A stretch of 64,000 bases of DNA from an uncultured Bacilli bacterium (lineage in GTDB: Bacteria > Bacillota_I > Bacilli_A > RF39 > UBA660). The notes below the pieces were generated by a model, which saw only the letters and a list, made by a program, of their open reading frames with translations, was not told where the DNA came from and ran no database searches. The DNA is taken from positions 37,344 through 101,343 of the forward strand of contig CANRCZ010000001.1 in assembly GCA_947629265.1 (NCBI GenBank), in the 5' to 3' direction. This document shows, one piece after another, positions 60,096 to 64,000 of the stretch (its first letter is position 1; every line of letters starts with the position of its first letter). The position numbers and the translations under genes were made by a program.

Positions 60096-62714
60096 ATGTA
60101 TAAGTATGATGTTTCTATTGTTATTCCCATATATAATGCTGAGTTATATTTAGAAGAATGTATAAATTCTATTGTCAATCAAAAATATGATTTAGATAAA
60201 ATTGAAATGATTTTAGTTAATGACGGCAGTACTGATAATAGTGTGAAAATATGTGAAAATTTAAAAAGAAAATATAAAAACATAGTCATTATTAATCAAA
60301 AGAATGCAGGTGTATCAAATGCTAGGAATAATGGTATAAAATCATCTAAGGGTAAATATATAATGCTATTAGATCCAGATGACATGATAGGTGATAAAAC
60401 TGTTAGAAATTTAGTTAGATTTTTTGATAAACACTATGATGAGGTTGATTTAGTGACTTATCCAATTTATTGGTATAAAGATGGTTCTGTTACTAAACAT
60501 GTTAGATACGCAGCTTATGATAAAGGTACAGATGTGTATGATTTCGAAGAATATCCTCATTTAAATCAATCAACTGTTAATATAATAATTAAAAATGAAT
60601 ATGAGAAGACCAATTTGTATAACGAAAATATGAAATTATCTGAAGATCAAAAATTTAATACTGATATTTTGATGAAAAAACAAAAAATTGGTTTTGTAAA
60701 GGATGCTACATATTATTATAGAAGACATGGTGAAGGTGTTTCTCAAACTAAAAATAATCCATATTATTGTTTTGAAGATATTATGAAATATAATGAGTCA
60801 TTAATAAATCAGTATAAAAACGGTAAAGATGTACCAAAATATATTCAGTATTTAGTTGCTAATACTATTAAATGGCGAATTAATTCTGATGAAATATTTC
60901 CATATCACTACGATAAGCCTGAATATAATAAAGCATTAAAGAGAATTGTTAATTTGTTAAAATATATTGATAATGATACTATTATGAATTTAGAAAATGC
61001 AAATATATATTTAAAATTTTATATATTGAATTTAAAAGGTGAGAAGGTAGAGATAAAAAAAATAGACAATACTTATGCTGTCTTTGATAAGTGTAATAAC
61101 TTATTATTTCAAAGTGATAATTTTGAAATAGCTATTTTAAGATTTAAGGTCAAAAATAATCAATTATATATTTTTGGTGACGTAAGAAGCCCACTTTTAA
61201 ACTATGAAAATTTAGATTCATTAAAAATAGTTACTATAGATAAGACAGGAAATATTAAGAGAAAATCAATAAAAACATTTAAATCAAACTTTAGTTGTTT
61301 TAAAACAAATATTGAGATAGCTAAGATGTATGGTTTTGAATATACAATTAATTTAGACAACATAAGTAAATTTTATTTTGAGGTTTGCATAGGAGAATTT
61401 AGTTTACCAATAAAGATTGTTTTTGGAAAATGGTCAGGTTATAGTAAGCAATATCATAGATATACTATTTTTAAAGAAAATAAGTGTATAAAATATTGTG
61501 ATGATAAATTAGGAACATTCAAAATAAAAAATGAAGGAATATTCAATAGAACTACAAATTTTTTAAGAACTTTACCTAGATATGTTAAGAAAAATTTTAA
61601 TATAATTTCATATCGAATGCTAGGTAGAAAAAAAGAAAAAATTTGGTTGTATTATGATTCTAAAGGTGTTGTTGATAATGGTTATTTACAATTTAAACAT
61701 GATATCAAGAAGAATGATGGCATAAAGAGATATTATATTAATCTGAGTGATGAGGAATTTGCAAATAAATACTTTAGTGATGATGAGAAGAAACATGTTA
61801 TTAATTTTAAAAGTTTTAAACATAAGTTAAGCTATTTAAGATGTGAGAAAATATTTGTATCATATTTATCTGATTCGATTTATATTCCGTTTAAGAGTAT
61901 TGTTTGGTATACTGATATAATTAATTATGATCTAATATATTTACAACATGGTATTTTGCATGCTGATTTATTAAAAATGTATGCAAAAGAGTTTACTAGT
62001 ATTGATAAATTCATTATATCTTCTAACTTTGAAAGAGAAAATTTAATTAATAAGTACCATTATAATAGTAATGATTTACTTAATTCTGGTATGCCTAGAG
62101 CTACAAATGATGAGAATGATAATAATCCTAAAAATAAAATTTTATTTGCTCCATCTTGGAGAAAATATCTCATAGGACCACTTATTAATAATGAACGTAT
62201 TTTAAGAGAAAAAGATTTTATAAATTCTTCATTTTATACAAAAATAAATAATTTTATTAATTCCAAAGAATTACAAAAATTATTGAAGGATAATAATTTG
62301 ATTTTAGATTTTAAACTTCATCCTATTTTTAAAGGTTATAAAGATTATTTTAATACAAATGATTATATTAAAATAAGTTTTGGTGAAACAAAGTTGAGTG
62401 AGTATAATATATTTATTACCGATTTTTCTTCATATCAGTTTGATTATATAAAATATAAACGCCCAATAATTTATTTTTTACCTGATATTACTGAATTTAA
62501 AGCTGGTTTACATACATATAAGTCTTTAGATTTACCTTATGATAAGGCATTTGGTGATTTATGTTTGACAAGTGAAGAACTTTGTAATAAAATAGCATAC
62601 TATGTAAAAAATGATTGTAAAATGGAAAGTAAGTACGTAAAAAGAGTTGACAATTTCTTTGATATGAGTGATAATCCTTGTGAAAAAATATATAAAAGTG
62701 TTTTTAATAAATAG
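60096..62714 (+). CDS. bifunctional GT2 glycosyltransferase and TagF-like CDP-alditol phosphotransferase (teichoic acid polymerase/primase type)
   Basis: N-terminus VSIVIPIYNAELYLEECINS...VNDGSTDNS (GT-A/GT2). C-terminal TagF-family motif ILFAPSWR and a HP(I/L)F region. Confidence 0.7.
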   Translation: MYKYDVSIVIPIYNAELYLEECINSIVNQKYDLDKIEMILVNDGSTDNSVKICENLKRKYKNIVIINQKNAGVSNARNNGIKSSKGKYIMLLDPDDMIGDKTVRNLVRFFDKHYDEVDLVTYPIYWYKDGSVTKHVRYAAYDKGTDVYDFEEYPHLNQSTVNIIIKNEYEKTNLYNENMKLSEDQKFNTDILMKKQKIGFVKDATYYYRRHGEGVSQTKNNPYYCFEDIMKYNESLINQYKNGKDVPKYIQYLVANTIKWRINSDEIFPYHYDKPEYNKALKRIVNLLKYIDNDTIMNLENANIYLKFYILNLKGEKVEIKKIDNTYAVFDKCNNLLFQSDNFEIAILRFKVKNNQLYIFGDVRSPLLNYENLDSLKIVTIDKTGNIKRKSIKTFKSNFSCFKTNIEIAKMYGFEYTINLDNISKFYFEVCIGEFSLPIKIVFGKWSGYSKQYHRYTIFKENKCIKYCDDKLGTFKIKNEGIFNRTTNFLRTLPRYVKKNFNIISYRMLGRKKEKIWLYYDSKGVVDNGYLQFKHDIKKNDGIKRYYINLSDEEFANKYFSDDEKKHVINFKSFKHKLSYLRCEKIFVSYLSDSIYIPFKSIVWYTDIINYDLIYLQHGILHADLLKMYAKEFTSIDKFIISSNFERENLINKYHYNSNDLLNSGMPRATNDENDNNPKNKILFAPSWRKYLIGPLINNERILREKDFINSSFYTKINNFINSKELQKLLKDNNLILDFKLHPIFKGYKDYFNTNDYIKISFGETKLSEYNIFITDFSSYQFDYIKYKRPIIYFLPDITEFKAGLHTYKSLDLPYDKAFGDLCLTSEELCNKIAYYVKNDCKMESKYVKRVDNFFDMSDNPCEKIYKSVFNK

Positions 62715-62725
62715 GTGATGATGAA

Positions 62726-63616
62726 ATGAATAATAAAAATAATTTTCTTTATTTATATCTTGTTCTTGCAGTATTTCTTTCATGTTTATTTATTAATATA
62801 AACCACAAATCAACATTAGAATATAATGAAAATAAATATACTAAAGATGATAAAACCACTAATGTAGTTGGTAATGATATTAAAAATATTGTTTATACTG
62901 ATAAAATAGCGGTTTTAACCTTTCATAGAGTGGCTGAACATGATATTAAGGAAAAAATTTTTAAAGATAATGAATGGGTAAACGACATGGAAATTTTTGA
63001 ACAACAGATGCAATATTTATATGATAATGGCTATGAAACTCTTAGTAGTGATGAATTTTATTGTTGGTATAAAAAAGAATGTGAATTCTCTAAAAAGACA
63101 GTTTTATTGACTTTTGACGATGGTGATGCTGAGCTTTATTATAATGTTTTGCCAATATTACAAAAATTTAATTTTAAAGCAACAGCATTTATAATTGGTG
63201 AATATGTTAAAGACATAACGGCACCATTTGATGGAATAACGAAAAATTATATAGGTAGGGATCTTATTAATGAAATACAAGTGGTTTATCCAAATATTGA
63301 ATTTCAAAGTCATACCTATGGACTACATCGTATGGTTTCTGATAAAAAACCATATGGTAAAGTTAAAAGTGTTGAGTATATTAAAGAGGATTTTAATAAA
63401 AATTCTGAATTTCAATTTGATAAACTTGCCTACCCTTATGGTATATATGATGACAAGTTAAGAACAGCTACCAAAGAGGCTGGATATAAGTTAGCATTTA
63501 GATTTTATCCTGCTAAGAAAGCTACAAGAAATGATCCACCATACGATATAAATCGTATTAAAATTAATGGATTTATGACACTAGATGACATGGTGGAAAA
63601 ATTAAATCAGGACTAA
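62726..63616 (+). CDS. polysaccharide deacetylase (CE4/NodB homology domain)
   Basis: LTFDDGDAELYYNVLPIL motif and the catalytic His region HTYGLH. Confidence 0.7.
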   Translation: MNNKNNFLYLYLVLAVFLSCLFININHKSTLEYNENKYTKDDKTTNVVGNDIKNIVYTDKIAVLTFHRVAEHDIKEKIFKDNEWVNDMEIFEQQMQYLYDNGYETLSSDEFYCWYKKECEFSKKTVLLTFDDGDAELYYNVLPILQKFNFKATAFIIGEYVKDITAPFDGITKNYIGRDLINEIQVVYPNIEFQSHTYGLHRMVSDKKPYGKVKSVEYIKEDFNKNSEFQFDKLAYPYGIYDDKLRTATKEAGYKLAFRFYPAKKATRNDPPYDINRIKINGFMTLDDMVEKLNQD

Positions 63617-63672
63617 AAATCCTTTTTTTCTTTATATCAAAATGTTATAATATTAATATAAGGAGTTTAAAA

Positions 63673-64000
63673 ATGAAAGAAAGTATAAAAAATTTTTTGC
63701 GACCAATCGCTCAACGGCTAAAAAGGTTGGATTATATAATATTTTATGATTTTTATAAATTAACTACTAAACAAGATGAAAAGAAAGTAGCTATGTTATC
63801 TGATTCTAGAGAATCACTATCAGGAAATTTAGAATTTATAAAAAAAGAATTAGATGGTACTGATTATGAGGTTGTCTTCTTTGGAAAAAAGAATTTATCA
63901 GTTAAAAAAACACTTAAAGAAAAAAAAGAATTAATGCGTTTAATAGCTGTATCAAAGTATGTTTTAGTCGATGATTTTTATCCGATTATATATCCCTTAA
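63673..64000 (+). CDS. TagB/TagF-family CDP-glycerol glycerophosphotransferase, N-terminal part (runs off the window)
   Basis: Open frame to the window end. RBS AAGGAG before the ATG. The N-terminal segment is typical of TagF-family enzymes. Confidence 0.5.
   Translation, partial: MKESIKNFLRPIAQRLKRLDYIIFYDFYKLTTKQDEKKVAMLSDSRESLSGNLEFIKKELDGTDYEVVFFGKKNLSVKKTLKEKKELMRLIAVSKYVLVDDFYPIIYPL

Overview
This 64 kb window is AT-rich and uses the standard genetic code (TGA is a stop; Trp is TGG). It looks like a cell-walled Firmicutes-type genome: it encodes a PASTA Ser/Thr kinase, class B sortases, a ribitol-phosphate teichoic acid locus and the rlmN-stp-pknB-rsgA-rpe synteny block. Most of the window is ordinary housekeeping or accessory content. 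That content includes rlmN/stp/pknB/rsgA/rpe/rlmD, addAB, rnc, trmL, rmuC, a copZ-cadC-cadA metal module, a heterodimeric ABC exporter, a six-gene tRNA cluster and tarIJ with TagF-like enzymes. The standout feature is a complete diversity-generating retroelement (DGR) at about 17.4-20.8 kb. It is arranged as a variable-target gene, a MutS-domain-I-like small protein, Avd, a 102-bp template repeat (TR) and a DGR-type reverse transcriptase. The TR differs from the target's 3' variable repeat (VR) at 15 positions, and every one is an adenine in the TR, which is the classic DGR mutagenesis signature. The target belongs to a four-member paralog family sharing a ~190-aa C-terminal CLec-like ligand-binding domain. 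Two members carry G9/G10 homopolymer tracts in the signal-peptide codons that leave them one base out of frame, consistent with ON/OFF phase variation. One member is fused to a type IV prepilin N-terminus with tandem FN3-like repeats and a Big_2 domain, making it a modular pilin adhesin. Only the family member next to the TR has a clean TR-matching VR and a GC-rich hairpin downstream. Other notable items are duplicated surface-protein/sortase-B cassettes with unusual N(P/A)(K/Q)TS sorting signals, a conserved ~150-nt leader with a 2-codon mini-ORF upstream of two surface-protein genes, and an IS transposase remnant joined to a copy of the sortase 3'-flank repeat. There is also a standalone AAA_21 ATPase immediately after the DGR RT and an orphan AbiEi-like protein. 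All functional calls come from motif reading by eye. No database searches were possible.
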